Below are positions 27,606-37,121 of a stretch of DNA of 64,000 nt, piece by piece. Source of the DNA: Akkermansia muciniphila (GTDB lineage Bacteria > Verrucomicrobiota > Verrucomicrobiia > Limisphaerales > UBA9464); contig CAMDGV010000006.1 in NCBI GenBank assembly GCA_945898055.1, positions 31,863 through 95,862 of the forward strand, written 5' to 3'. A program made the position numbers and the translations under genes. Every line of letters begins with the position of its first letter. Position 1 is the first letter of the stretch. A model generated the notes under the pieces. The model worked only from the letters and a program-made list of their open reading frames with translations, was not told where the DNA came from and ran no database searches.

Positions 27606-28160
27606 CCATGGTTCGGAGCCGAGCTTGGCTTCAACGGTAGCGGAAGTTCTGGGGCGAGGGTTCGTTCAGTCCAGTCCCGCGAGTCACATCCCACTGCGCG
27701 GTGAGCTAACCCTAGGTTTTGCGATTCATTCCAGCCGGCTTGAGTTGCTCGTCTCACGCTCGAAGAATGCACTCCGATAGTCTGGGTGATGGATTCTTGT
27801 GGGCTGTGCTCTCGGATCAATCTCGCAATGGAGTCCCGTTGCTATTGGGTTAATCGATTGTAAGATTTCATTAGCTTGGGATCTCAGTTTGGTGATCGAA
27901 CCATAAGCCTCACACGGCTTCTGACCGGTTACCATCCCCCTCGCACTAGCCACTTGAATCCGCCGAATCAGGATCGACCTCCGAGTCGTTGAATTCTCGC
28001 CCTTGGATGATCCTCTCGCTTACGCTGCACCTAACCAACCTATCGGATCCGTTGTAAATTGAGCCCAGAAGAAAACGTCCGTTCTTTCACATGAAACTTC
28101 GCATCGCCTACCTGAGTAGTTACCTTTTTGAGTCTTTACCCTACTCTTTATGACCTCATC

Positions 28161-31100
28161 ATGAGTCGCACCTCAAAACCTCGATCCGGCATGATTATCG
28201 TCCTCGGGATTGCCGGTTTCATTACCTTGGTAGCTCTGGTAGCCAGTTGGTTTCATCGATATTCTAACGAGGATTACCAATTTGCAACGCATCTGACCGC
28301 TGGACGCCTGTACCATGACGCCGGTGATTACTCTCAATCGATCAATTCCTTTCAATCAGCTCTCGCAATGAATCCGGTGAATCCGGATATCCACATCAAT
28401 CTCGCTAACCTTTTTCTTCGGGCTAATCAACCCGCCCAGACTCAGATCCATGCGGCAGCGGTTCTCCAAATCGAACCGAGAAATGCCGCCGCCCTTTATC
28501 TCGCCGGTTGCGCCTCTCTTCGGCTTGGCGCCTTTTCTAATGCCGTACAGTCCTTGACTGAGGCCTCCCAAGTCGACGAGTCACAAAACCAAGTCCGTTT
28601 TCAACTGGGCCTCGCTTATGCCGGTTGGGGCCACTTTCAAGAGGCAGCCAATCAGTTCAGCGAGGTCCTTAAATTCGATAATAGGCATCCAACAGCTCGT
28701 TATCATCTTGGCCAAGCTTACTTGGAATTGAAATCCCCTCGCGAAGCCTCAGTGGAACTTGCAGCCTATCAAGAAGGCAACCGTGGCCGATTCCAAGTAA
28801 CCAACGACCCCTCCAGCTTGGAAAAATGCCGATATACCGAAATTATTACCACTTCGACTCTGGAACAGCCTGATGAAAATTCTATTCCTGTTCGTTTCGA
28901 AGATCAAACTGCTCGAGCCTTCGGCATTAACGCGGGCGCCTTGCGAGGCCCCTTCGGCCTTTTTGACTTGAATCATCGCGGCTGGAACGACCTGCTCGTC
29001 ACCGATACCTCACGAAGACTTCAGCTTCTGTGGAACTCCAATGCGATCTTTGCTGCCCAATCAATGCCCTTGGCTTCCACCGTGGGTCTCATTAAGGATG
29101 TCAGTGTTGGAGACCTAAATAATGATGGCTATGATGACGCTCTTTTAGTCGGCACCGCGGGATCTCAACTCCTAAGCTTCGCGACCAATGGACTCATCAC
29201 CGACACCTCGGCCCTTGCGGGCATTCTCACCGTTAAGGGGATGAAAGTAGTCGTCGCAGATCCCGATTTTACCGGTAAACTTAGCCTTTTCTTTGTTTCA
29301 TCCGAGGGACGTCTTAGAACGTTCACCCCAGGTATAACCGAGCTCTTCCAAGAACATCGCTCCACGCCTGATGATGGTTTTAGAGTCTCCAGCGTCACCT
29401 CGATCCTAGTCGACGACTGGAACAACGATGAACTACCTGACCTCCTATTAACTCGCCGAGGTGAACCGCCTTGGATTCTCACGAATCGTCGTGGCGAAGG
29501 TCTCGGGGCAACGAGTCCCCGACCCGACTGGCCGATTGCTTCCTTTCTGTGTGTTGGAGATTTTAACAATGATCTCAGGCCTGACGTCGTCTTAGTGACC
29601 CCTGACACCTTCACAATTCAATTCGGTGGGCTACGCGATCCGCGCCGTATTCCAGTTCGTAAAAATGGGGTCGCCCAACTAAAGGCCCTCGATTACGACA
29701 ACGATGGTTGGTTGGATTTAGTTAGTTGGGGTTCAGATGGCCTCCGCATCTGGCGTAACCGCGGTCGCCGTGGATTCCACGAAATGACCCGAGAATTGGG
29801 TCTCAGCTCACTTTCTAAAACGCACATCACCCATGCGGCCTTTGCTGACTTCGATCAAGACAGGGATATCGATATCGTTATTAGTGTCGACGGAGAAGGG
29901 CTCCGATTTCTCCGCAACGACGGAGCAAACGCGAACGGTTTACTCAAACTCCGACCCATCGGGACGAAGTCGAACTCCAGTGGTATCGGTCTGCGGCTCG
30001 TCGTCAAATCAGATCATTGGCGCGCACTCCGAACGGTTCAAAGTAAACCGATTGAAATTGGTGTTGGGAAACATCGGCCGACTCAAACCCTCCTCGCTCA
30101 CTGGCCCGATACACACCCGCTTCTCGAAATTACCGCCGACCCTAAGCAAGTCATTGATATCATCGAACCAGCGGCGCCTCACGCTTCCTCTCCTCACCTT
30201 TTTGCTTGGGATGGAAACCAGTTCCGTTTCGTCACCGGTCTTCTGAGCGCTGCCCCCGTCGATTCCCCCTCGGGATTCGGTCCACTCATCGATCGGAACC
30301 CGCATGAATGGATCTCTTTAGGTGGATCTAAAGAATTAATACCGCGAGGAGGGCGTTACAGTTTCCAGATCACCGAAGAACTCCGCGAGGTCCTTTACCT
30401 CGATAAAGTTAAACTCGGCTGGGTCGATGCTGGCCCCGAAAACGAGGTTCACGCCACGCCCCAACCAGGGCCCAACCGACCCTTTCCCGCTCCAGCATTG
30501 CGCGTCCTCAGTGACCGGATTCCGCTCATCCAGGCTTGGGATTGCAACGGCCAGAATATCACTTTAAAGCTAAGTGAGACCGACCATCTTCGACACTCCA
30601 GCGAAAGGTCCCTGTCTCAGCTTCGAGTTCCCACCGAGGTGGAGACAGTGGTGATGGATTTCGGACTCTTACCGGCAGATTCAGACTTAACCCTCGCACT
30701 GACCGGTCGAATCAGTTTTGGCCGTGGGACGACAAACAACAGCGGCCGTGGTTACCCAAAATTGCTCTCCAAATCTCTCTGCCTCGAAGCCGAATCGGCA
30801 GAGGGTACTTGGCAAAAGTTACCCATCACAATCGAGGTTCCCCTCGGCAATCCCTCGACTTTCTTGATCTCTCTCAAGGGATTTACCCCTCGAGGTACTC
30901 GACGTTTACGCTTAGCCACTCCTTTAGAAATTCAATGGGATCGTTTTGCACTTTTCCGTGAAAATCTCTCAGCAAAAACCAGTGAAATTCATCCCTTAAC
31001 CTCCGATCTTCACTGGAGAGGCTTCAGCGACTTTGCCCAACGATCCCACGCCGAACCACCGACACCGCTTTATCGACAAGCCCATAATCAACCCCCTTGG

Positions 31101-31472
31101 AGTAAGACTCCCAGTGGTTGGGCCAGTCGTTACGGGGCTGTAGGCGACCTGATCGGTGCGGCAGACAACGGGTTAGTGGTCATCACCGCTGGCGATGAAT
31201 TAACCCTAGAATTCGACGCACTCTCTCTTCCGCCGATACCAAGTGGAACCAAGCGACATTTTTTCCTCTGCACCGTCGGTTGGCGTAAGACCGATGAGTA
31301 TCGCGTTGCTACCGGTGGCAGTCTTGAACCCCTCCCTTGGGCAGGTGCAGACAGCCTAAATTATGGAAAGAAACAGCGGCCTCCCTTTGCCAGCGATGCG
31401 ATGAACCTCCGATTTAATTCTCGGTGGATCGGTCCAATCACTTACGACCACAGATCCAATGAACACAGATAG
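28161..31472 (+). CDS. TPR plus FG-GAP/VCBS-repeat plus ASPIC/UnbV-like protein (CRTAC1-family architecture) with an N-terminal membrane anchor.
   Basis: The ATG at 28161 gives MSRTSKPRSGMIIVLGIAGFITLVALV. TPR-like helices follow (YHDAGDYSQSINSFQSALAMNP..). Five Ca-binding-like FG-GAP loops are present: GDLNNDGYDD, DDWNNDELPD, GDFNNDLRPD, LDYDNDGWLD, ADFDQDRDID. Then comes NSSGIGLRLVV (UnbV/ASPIC-like). The TTG at 28128 is less likely as start. Confidence 0.8.
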   Translation: MSRTSKPRSGMIIVLGIAGFITLVALVASWFHRYSNEDYQFATHLTAGRLYHDAGDYSQSINSFQSALAMNPVNPDIHINLANLFLRANQPAQTQIHAAAVLQIEPRNAAALYLAGCASLRLGAFSNAVQSLTEASQVDESQNQVRFQLGLAYAGWGHFQEAANQFSEVLKFDNRHPTARYHLGQAYLELKSPREASVELAAYQEGNRGRFQVTNDPSSLEKCRYTEIITTSTLEQPDENSIPVRFEDQTARAFGINAGALRGPFGLFDLNHRGWNDLLVTDTSRRLQLLWNSNAIFAAQSMPLASTVGLIKDVSVGDLNNDGYDDALLVGTAGSQLLSFATNGLITDTSALAGILTVKGMKVVVADPDFTGKLSLFFVSSEGRLRTFTPGITELFQEHRSTPDDGFRVSSVTSILVDDWNNDELPDLLLTRRGEPPWILTNRRGEGLGATSPRPDWPIASFLCVGDFNNDLRPDVVLVTPDTFTIQFGGLRDPRRIPVRKNGVAQLKALDYDNDGWLDLVSWGSDGLRIWRNRGRRGFHEMTRELGLSSLSKTHITHAAFADFDQDRDIDIVISVDGEGLRFLRNDGANANGLLKLRPIGTKSNSSGIGLRLVVKSDHWRALRTVQSKPIEIGVGKHRPTQTLLAHWPDTHPLLEITADPKQVIDIIEPAAPHASSPHLFAWDGNQFRFVTGLLSAAPVDSPSGFGPLIDRNPHEWISLGGSKELIPRGGRYSFQITEELREVLYLDKVKLGWVDAGPENEVHATPQPGPNRPFPAPALRVLSDRIPLIQAWDCNGQNITLKLSETDHLRHSSERSLSQLRVPTEVETVVMDFGLLPADSDLTLALTGRISFGRGTTNNSGRGYPKLLSKSLCLEAESAEGTWQKLPITIEVPLGNPSTFLISLKGFTPRGTRRLRLATPLEIQWDRFALFRENLSAKTSEIHPLTSDLHWRGFSDFAQRSHAEPPTPLYRQAHNQPPWSKTPSGWASRYGAVGDLIGAADNGLVVITAGDELTLEFDALSLPPIPSGTKRHFFLCTVGWRKTDEYRVATGGSLEPLPWAGADSLNYGKKQRPPFASDAMNLRFNSRWIGPITYDHRSNEHR

Positions 31473-31493
31473 TTAAGAATGGGCACTGCCCAG

Positions 31494-31817
31494 TCAGGAC
31501 TCGACGGCACACAATTCGACCGGTTCAACGCTAACTCCCTGTTTTTTCAACCATTTGATCCCGGCACTAATTTCAGAAGCAGCACCCTCGACCTCCAAGC
31601 AGACGATACCGACTACATCGGTCACACTTGCCTGCCGAATACTGGTCATCAACTTAAACTGATGGCCTAATTGCCAAATCACTGGTGCCTTAATCCGTTC
31701 GGGTGGATAAGTTAACCAGAAACGAGCCGTGGAGGCCGCCGATGGCGCTTTGAGTAGTACCTTTTTCTTCGGTGCAGACTTCATGACGGCGGATATTTTT
31801 GAACTCTTGGTGGCCAT
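31494..31817 (-). CDS. NIL-domain protein (stand-alone ferredoxin-like fold domain, as found at the C-terminus of MetN).
   Basis: FWLTYPPERIKAPVIWQLGHQFKLMTSIRQASVTDVVGIVCLEVEGAASEISAGIKWLKKQGVSVEPV fits the NIL pattern as I remember it. It has a Lys-rich N-terminal tail, and the start codon is uncertain. Confidence 0.55.
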   Translation of the reverse strand: MATKSSKISAVMKSAPKKKVLLKAPSAASTARFWLTYPPERIKAPVIWQLGHQFKLMTSIRQASVTDVVGIVCLEVEGAASEISAGIKWLKKQGVSVEPVELCAVES

Positions 31818-31850
31818 GGTTTGAAAGCGTTGAAAACGAAGTAATACCGA

Positions 31851-32126
31851 TTACCCACCAGCAATCGCTGGAATGATGCTAATCTCGTCACCATCCTTAA
31901 TCGGAGTCGCCTGATTATCGAGAAAACGAATATCTTCCTCGTTCACGTACATGTTCACAAAGCGCCGCACCTCGCCTGCCTCATCAATCAATCTTTCGGC
32001 AATACCCGGAAACTGCGCCTGCAATTCGGTAATTGCGCTTGCAACGGTGCCAGGACTGACTTCGACAAGGTCCAAGTCGTGGGTGAGTTTGCGGAGCGGT
32101 GTAGGGATTCGGACTTTTACGGACAT
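31851..32126 (-). CDS. MoaD/ThiS/CysO-family ubiquitin-like sulfur-carrier protein.
   Basis: A 91-aa protein ending in ...GDEISIIPAIAGG (C-terminal Gly-Gly), with a beta-grasp-like pattern (VKVRIPTPLR...VNMYVNEEDIRFL). Confidence 0.75.
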   Translation of the reverse strand: MSVKVRIPTPLRKLTHDLDLVEVSPGTVASAITELQAQFPGIAERLIDEAGEVRRFVNMYVNEEDIRFLDNQATPIKDGDEISIIPAIAGG

Positions 32127-32235
32127 AGTCTTGAGCGATTAACAGGCGTAGTTTCAATAGACAGCGACCGAAGGCAAGCGGTCAGTCAGAAGAGTCAGCA
32201 AGATTTTACCGGTTCGGCGTCTTCTGCAACCCACC

Positions 32236-33070
32236 TTGAACCCACCTTTCAAATGGCAACCAACGACTGAACATGAGGAAAATGATTTGTTCAGCCTTCC
32301 GGTTCGGATCGTCGGTCAGGATGGAGACCTGCATTTTGCGCCCGTTGAGTACCAGCCCTTCAACAGATTCAAATCCACGACTGGACCGCCCAGACGACGC
32401 AGACGGCTGAGGTATTGGCTAAAAAAGCAGTTTTCTATCGGTACAAAGGTGAAGCTGTCCCAGTCCGGCAGGGCCGAGACATCAAGGGACAGCCCGGTGT
32501 TGTCAGCGAAGCTGAAGACCGTCCGGGACAACTGTGGCCTCAAACTCCGCTCGTTGTGCGAGACCTTCACCCTCGCCCCCAAGACCCTGCGTCGCTCCGG
32601 CCGGGCTTTGCAGAGTTCTCCGGAAAAAAGGGTTCGCCTCCTGCAGGGTCGGTCCGCCGCCCGCCCACAACCCGCACTCCTCTCCCTGTTCTCCCAAGGA
32701 TCCCCAGCCGGGTAATTACTGGTGCGAACACGCCGGGGCTTTGATCTTTGCCGCGCTGCTGGGGGCCATTTCGAAGGTCAGTGGAAACACCCAAGACATC
32801 CTCGCCCAATGGATGGCGGCACTCTGACTGGGAGCAGTCCATCTTGAACAAACCAAGTTCCTCCATTGGGAGGATTTGGAACTGATCCTCGGCCCGGGCG
32901 TGCGCTATCCGACCCACCAACGTGAAAAGCTCCAGGCGTTGGCCGCAGATCCCCAGCTGATCCTGGCGCCCTTTGGCCAATCAGCACTGGTTGGGCGCCG
33001 CCGTGGGCTCGGACCTCTACTTCGATCCCCACGTCAAGCACGGCACCGGCGAGCCGAATGTGTTGGTGGG
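32236..33070 (+). pseudogene. Probable heavily decayed DDE transposase (IS4/IS5-like N-terminal part) with multiple frameshifts.
   Basis: This locally GC-richer stretch has overlapping ORFs in all three + frames and on the - strand, and none looks protein-like throughout. Fragments SLRPGFAEFS, LLGAISKVSGNTQDILA and QREKLQ..L.PFG resemble (by memory) the PSESTFSRAFAEF / LVGHISRDSTAIEA / RLERQ blocks of one IS4-like transposase family. It ends where the repeat block starts. Confidence 0.35.
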
Positions 33071-33071
33071 C

Positions 33072-33300
33072 TGGTGAAGCACAGATAGCCAGCCACAGAG
33101 AAATAAATAGCCTGGCCCTTAGTTTGCTCTCCCTTCTCCCCTTTGCGTCTCCGCGTCTTTCCGTGAGACCTCATCCGCCCTTTCCCCTCCTCGTCAAAAA
33201 GCAATTCCCTCTCAGTTGAATCTCACGCCCGCTTCGCTCAAGACGCCAAGACGCAAAGGATTTAAGGGAGAAAAATAAATAGCCTGCCCCATAGTTTTGC
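33072..33300. repeat. Second copy (direct orientation) of the composite repeat seen at 27.15-27.6 kb.
   Basis: ggtgaagcacagatagccagcc... then aaatagcctggcccttagtttgctct...ctcccctttgcgtctccgcgtctttccgtgagacctcatccgccctttcccctcctcgtcaaaaagcaattccct...tctcacgcccgcttcgctcaagacgccaagacgcaaagga...aaatagcctgccccatagtt. This is near-identical to 27366-27560. Confidence 0.9.
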
Positions 33301-33610
33301 CCCGCTGCGTCTTGGTCAAAAACCAGGACGATCACCTCCTCTAGAACTGATCCTTACCGTCAACTCGTGAATGCACGGGAACAACACCTTCGATCCACTG
33401 CGATCGCTGCCCAATGGGATTCTCTCCGCGATTAGTCGTTTAATTTAGGCAAATTTGCTTGGACAAAATAGTGAATCTAGATCCTTGAAGTGCTCCGCAG
33501 GACAAAGAAATTAGCTCCCTTCCAAAAAAACGAAGTGTCGGGGAAAATTTCCGCCTCGCCCGATCTGACCCAACCTAAGTAGTCTTCAACTTTAGATCGC
33601 AACCAGAACT

Positions 33611-35083
33611 ATGAGTACTCCTACCGGTGACATTGCCCTGATCGGCCTCGCAGTCATGGGCCAAAACCTGATCCTCAATATGAACGACCACGGCTTTAAC
33701 GTCGTGGCCTACAACCGCACCACCGCCAAAGTAGACGAATTTCTCGCCAATGAAGCGAAGGGAACCCGCGTTCAAGGGGCTCATTCCATTGAAGAAATGG
33801 TGTCAAAACTGAAGTCTCCACGACGGGTCATGATGCTGGTCAAGGCAGGCCAAGCGGTCGACGACTTCATCGAACAGTTGATCCCTCATTTGTCGGCAGG
33901 AGATATTATCATCGATGGGGGTAATTCTCTCTATGGAGATACCGAGCGTCGGGTGAAATACTGCGAATCCAAGGGGCTTCTGTTCATTGGGACGGGTGTT
34001 TCCGGTGGGGAAGAAGGGGCGCGCCGTGGTCCCAGTATCATGCCAGGTGGATCAACCAAGGCTTGGGACGCGGTCAAAGATATTTTCCAAGGTGTCTCTG
34101 CGAAAGTAGACAACGGAGTTCCTTGCTGCGATTGGGTTGGTGACGGCGGGGCAGGTCACTATGTCAAGATGATCCATAACGGCATCGAGTACGGCGACAT
34201 GCAGCTAATCTGCGAAGCCTACAACATCATGAAAAGCGGCCTCGGCATGAGTGCCGACGAAATGCACGAAGTCTTTGCTGAATGGAATCAAGGCGAACTC
34301 GACAGTTTTTTAATTGAAATCACACGGGATATTCTTGGTTTCAAAGACGTCGACGGCTCCCCACTGGTGGATCGAATTTTGGATACCGCCGGACAAAAAG
34401 GAACTGGCAAATGGACTGTGATTGACTCAGCCAATCTCGCCCAACCAGTTTCCTTAATTGCTGAAGCTGTTTTCAGCCGTTGTGTCAGTTCGATGAAAGA
34501 CGAACGCGTCAAGGCGGCACGCAAACTCAAAGGTCCCAACCCACTTATGGCAGCCGCCAAGAATCCGACGGCTAAAAAAGCGTTTATCGCTGATATTAAG
34601 AGTGCCCTTTATGCCTCGAAAATTGTGAGTTATGCGCAAGGATATATGCTTTTGCGTGCGGCAGCGGTTGAGTACAAATGGAAACTTAACTACGGAGGGA
34701 TCGCCCTAATGTGGCGCGGCGGTTGTATCATTCGCTCTCGCTTTCTCGGTAAAATCAAAGAGGCCTATGATACAAATCCGAAGCTAGCCAACCTCTTGCT
34801 CGATGATTATTTCCGCGGTGAAATCAAGAACTCCCAAAAAGGATGGCGTACTGTTGTCGCTGCCGCCGCACGAAAGGGCATCCCAGTCCCCGCCTTCAGC
34901 ACGGCACTCGCTTTCTTTGATCAGTACCGTTCAGCGTCTCTGCCGGCTAATTTACTCCAAGCCCAACGCGACTATTTCGGTGCTCATACTTACGAGCGAA
35001 CCGACAAACCTCGGGGTGAATTCTTTCACACCAACTGGACCGGTCGCGGCGGCAACGTGAGTTCGAGCACTTACAACGCCTAA
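33611..35083 (+). CDS. gnd: 6-phosphogluconate dehydrogenase, decarboxylating.
   Basis: DIALIGLAVMGQNLILNMNDHGFNVVAYNRT, IIDGGNS, GTGVSGGEEGAR.GPSIMPGG, GHYVKMIHNGIEYGDMQLI, WRGGCIIRS and QRDYFGAHTYER. Confidence 0.96.
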   Translation: MSTPTGDIALIGLAVMGQNLILNMNDHGFNVVAYNRTTAKVDEFLANEAKGTRVQGAHSIEEMVSKLKSPRRVMMLVKAGQAVDDFIEQLIPHLSAGDIIIDGGNSLYGDTERRVKYCESKGLLFIGTGVSGGEEGARRGPSIMPGGSTKAWDAVKDIFQGVSAKVDNGVPCCDWVGDGGAGHYVKMIHNGIEYGDMQLICEAYNIMKSGLGMSADEMHEVFAEWNQGELDSFLIEITRDILGFKDVDGSPLVDRILDTAGQKGTGKWTVIDSANLAQPVSLIAEAVFSRCVSSMKDERVKAARKLKGPNPLMAAAKNPTAKKAFIADIKSALYASKIVSYAQGYMLLRAAAVEYKWKLNYGGIALMWRGGCIIRSRFLGKIKEAYDTNPKLANLLLDDYFRGEIKNSQKGWRTVVAAAARKGIPVPAFSTALAFFDQYRSASLPANLLQAQRDYFGAHTYERTDKPRGEFFHTNWTGRGGNVSSSTYNA

Positions 35084-35191
35084 ATCTGGCGACCAAAAAC
35101 TCAGTCATAAAGTCGCCGGATAACCTCTGGCGACGCAACTTCTCTCTATGAAATCAAACTATTCGCCGACAGTCTTCTCCCTCTTTTTCAA

Positions 35192-37012
35192 ATGAAGCGC
35201 ACGCACCACTGCAACGAATTGCGTCCCTCTGACGCCGGTCGCTCTGTTATTTTGACCGGTTGGGTTCATTCACGTCGAGATCTGGGTGGCGTCCTCTTCA
35301 TCGACCTTCGAGATCGTGAAGGTCGCACCCAAACCGTCTTTGATCCCTCAGACCTTTCTACCGTCGTCTTTGAGTCGGCGGCACGCCTGCACTCTGAGTC
35401 AGTGATTGAGGTCGCTGGCAAGGTCCGTGTCCGACCAGAGGGCACTCGCAATTCCAAAATTGCCACCGGTGATGTCGAGGTTCACGTCGAGTCGATTCTC
35501 ATTCTTAATCACGCTGAAGTTCTCCCCTTCCAAGTGGACGATCCCGAGGTGGCAAATAAGGTGAACGAAGAACTTCGACTCCAATATCGGTATTTGGATC
35601 TTCGGCGCCCAGAGATGCTCCGCAATCTGAGGCTACGTTCAAAGGTGGCAATCGCCACCCGTAGTTACATGGATGAACAGGGGTTTCTCGAAGTTGAAAC
35701 CCCAACACTCTTTAAATCCACCCCAGAGGGGGCACGGGAATTTTTGGTACCTAATCGCCGCGATCCCGGTACATTTTACGCCCTTCCTCAGTCTCCACAG
35801 CAATTTAAACAGATCCTAATGGTGGGAGGCATCGAACGTTATTTCCAAATTGCCCGCTGTTATCGCGACGAAGATCTCCGCGCTGATCGTCAACCCGAGT
35901 TCACTCAAGTGGATATCGAGATGTCCTTCATTGATCGGGAAGATATTTACGCCCTGATCGAAGGATTGCTGAAGAAGGTATGGAAGACCGCTTTAAACGT
36001 GGAGATTCCCACACCCTTCAAACGGATTAGCTTTGAAGAAGCTTTGAATCGCTGGGGTATCGATAAACCAGACTCCCGTTTTGGGATGGAACTTGTTGAT
36101 TTCACTGAGGATTTTAAAGGGTCCAAGTTTGGTGTTTTTGGCAATACGGTTGCCGGTGGAGGCGTGGTGAAAGGCATCAATGCCAAAGGACTGGCCGGAG
36201 CGACCCAAGGTCAAATTGAAACCATGACCGAGTACGCCAAGAGCTTTGGGGCCAAGGGCCTTGCTTTCATTAAAGTCGAAAAGAACGCGACCGGTTCGGT
36301 CGAATGGAAGTCGCCGATTGTAAAGTTTTTTTCCGACGTGGAAAAAGCCGCTTTAACGGCAAAATTAGCGATCGAAGAAGGCGACCTCCTTCTTTTCGCT
36401 GCGGATCAATGGCTAAACGCCTGCGAAATTCTTGGTAAAATCCGACTCTACTGCGCCGATGTTCTCAAGGGACAAGGCAAACTCACTCTCGACCCAGCTC
36501 AATTTAATTTCATGTGGGTTATTGAATTCCCATTGCTCGGATTTGATCGCGAACTGAACCGCTGGTATTCTAGTCATCATCCCTTTACGGCACCGGTTGC
36601 CGACGATATCCCCTTACTCAAATCAGACCCGAAAAAAGTCCGTGGTCAGCATTATGATATTGTGGTCAATGGCGTGGAACTGGGTGGTGGTTCGATTCGG
36701 ATTCATCAACCGGATGTTCAGAAAACGCTTTTCGAAGAACTTTTGCAGATTTCTCCCGCCGAAACACAACTGCGCTTCGGTTATATGCTAGAAGCTTTCA
36801 AGTACGGCGCACCGCCCCACGGCGGCATTGCGCTCGGATTCGATCGTCTTTGCGCCATCCTTTGTGGGACGACCAGCATTCGTGATGTCATCGCCTTCCC
36901 GAAGACAGCCAAGGGTGTTTGCCTCATGACCGATAGCCCGAGCCAGGTAACACCTCGCCAACTCCGGGATTTGCACATCGAGGTCAAGGCAGCCGTGAAA
37001 CCTGTGGCCTAA
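35192..37012 (+). CDS. aspS: Aspartate--tRNA ligase.
   Basis: RTHHCNELR...GWVHSRRDLGGVLFIDLRDREG (OB-fold), LRYRYLDLRR, class II motifs FYALPQSPQQFKQ, YFQIARCYRDEDLRADRQPEFTQ.D.EMSF and GGGSIRIH...GAPPHGGIALGFDRL. Confidence 0.96.
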   Translation: MKRTHHCNELRPSDAGRSVILTGWVHSRRDLGGVLFIDLRDREGRTQTVFDPSDLSTVVFESAARLHSESVIEVAGKVRVRPEGTRNSKIATGDVEVHVESILILNHAEVLPFQVDDPEVANKVNEELRLQYRYLDLRRPEMLRNLRLRSKVAIATRSYMDEQGFLEVETPTLFKSTPEGAREFLVPNRRDPGTFYALPQSPQQFKQILMVGGIERYFQIARCYRDEDLRADRQPEFTQVDIEMSFIDREDIYALIEGLLKKVWKTALNVEIPTPFKRISFEEALNRWGIDKPDSRFGMELVDFTEDFKGSKFGVFGNTVAGGGVVKGINAKGLAGATQGQIETMTEYAKSFGAKGLAFIKVEKNATGSVEWKSPIVKFFSDVEKAALTAKLAIEEGDLLLFAADQWLNACEILGKIRLYCADVLKGQGKLTLDPAQFNFMWVIEFPLLGFDRELNRWYSSHHPFTAPVADDIPLLKSDPKKVRGQHYDIVVNGVELGGGSIRIHQPDVQKTLFEELLQISPAETQLRFGYMLEAFKYGAPPHGGIALGFDRLCAILCGTTSIRDVIAFPKTAKGVCLMTDSPSQVTPRQLRDLHIEVKAAVKPVA

Positions 37013-37029
37013 AACCGATCGGCCCTTGG

Positions 37030-37066
37030 GTCCCATAGGACTTATCAATCATCAATCCTATGGGAC
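37030..37066. repeat. Perfect 11-bp inverted repeat (hairpin) just after aspS; possible terminator without a U-tract, or a protein-binding palindrome.
   Basis: gtcccatagga (37030-37040) and tcctatgggac (37056-37066) are separated by a 15-nt loop and followed by aaaaag rather than T residues. Confidence 0.4.
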
Positions 37067-37121
37067 AAAAAGCCGTTGTTGCATCCTTCTTCGGAAGACG
37101 ATTTTTCGGTAGACTTCGCTG

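Noticed and set aside
27640-28000. A possible C-terminal fragment of an rve-type (IS3/IS481-like) transposase on the minus strand (..GQKPCEAYGSI..).
   Set aside because: The resemblance is limited to a 10-aa stretch. No DDE residues or longer matches were seen, so it is too weak to call.
31479-31670. A plus-strand 63-aa ORF.
   Set aside because: It lies entirely antisense within the NIL-domain gene and has no features of its own.
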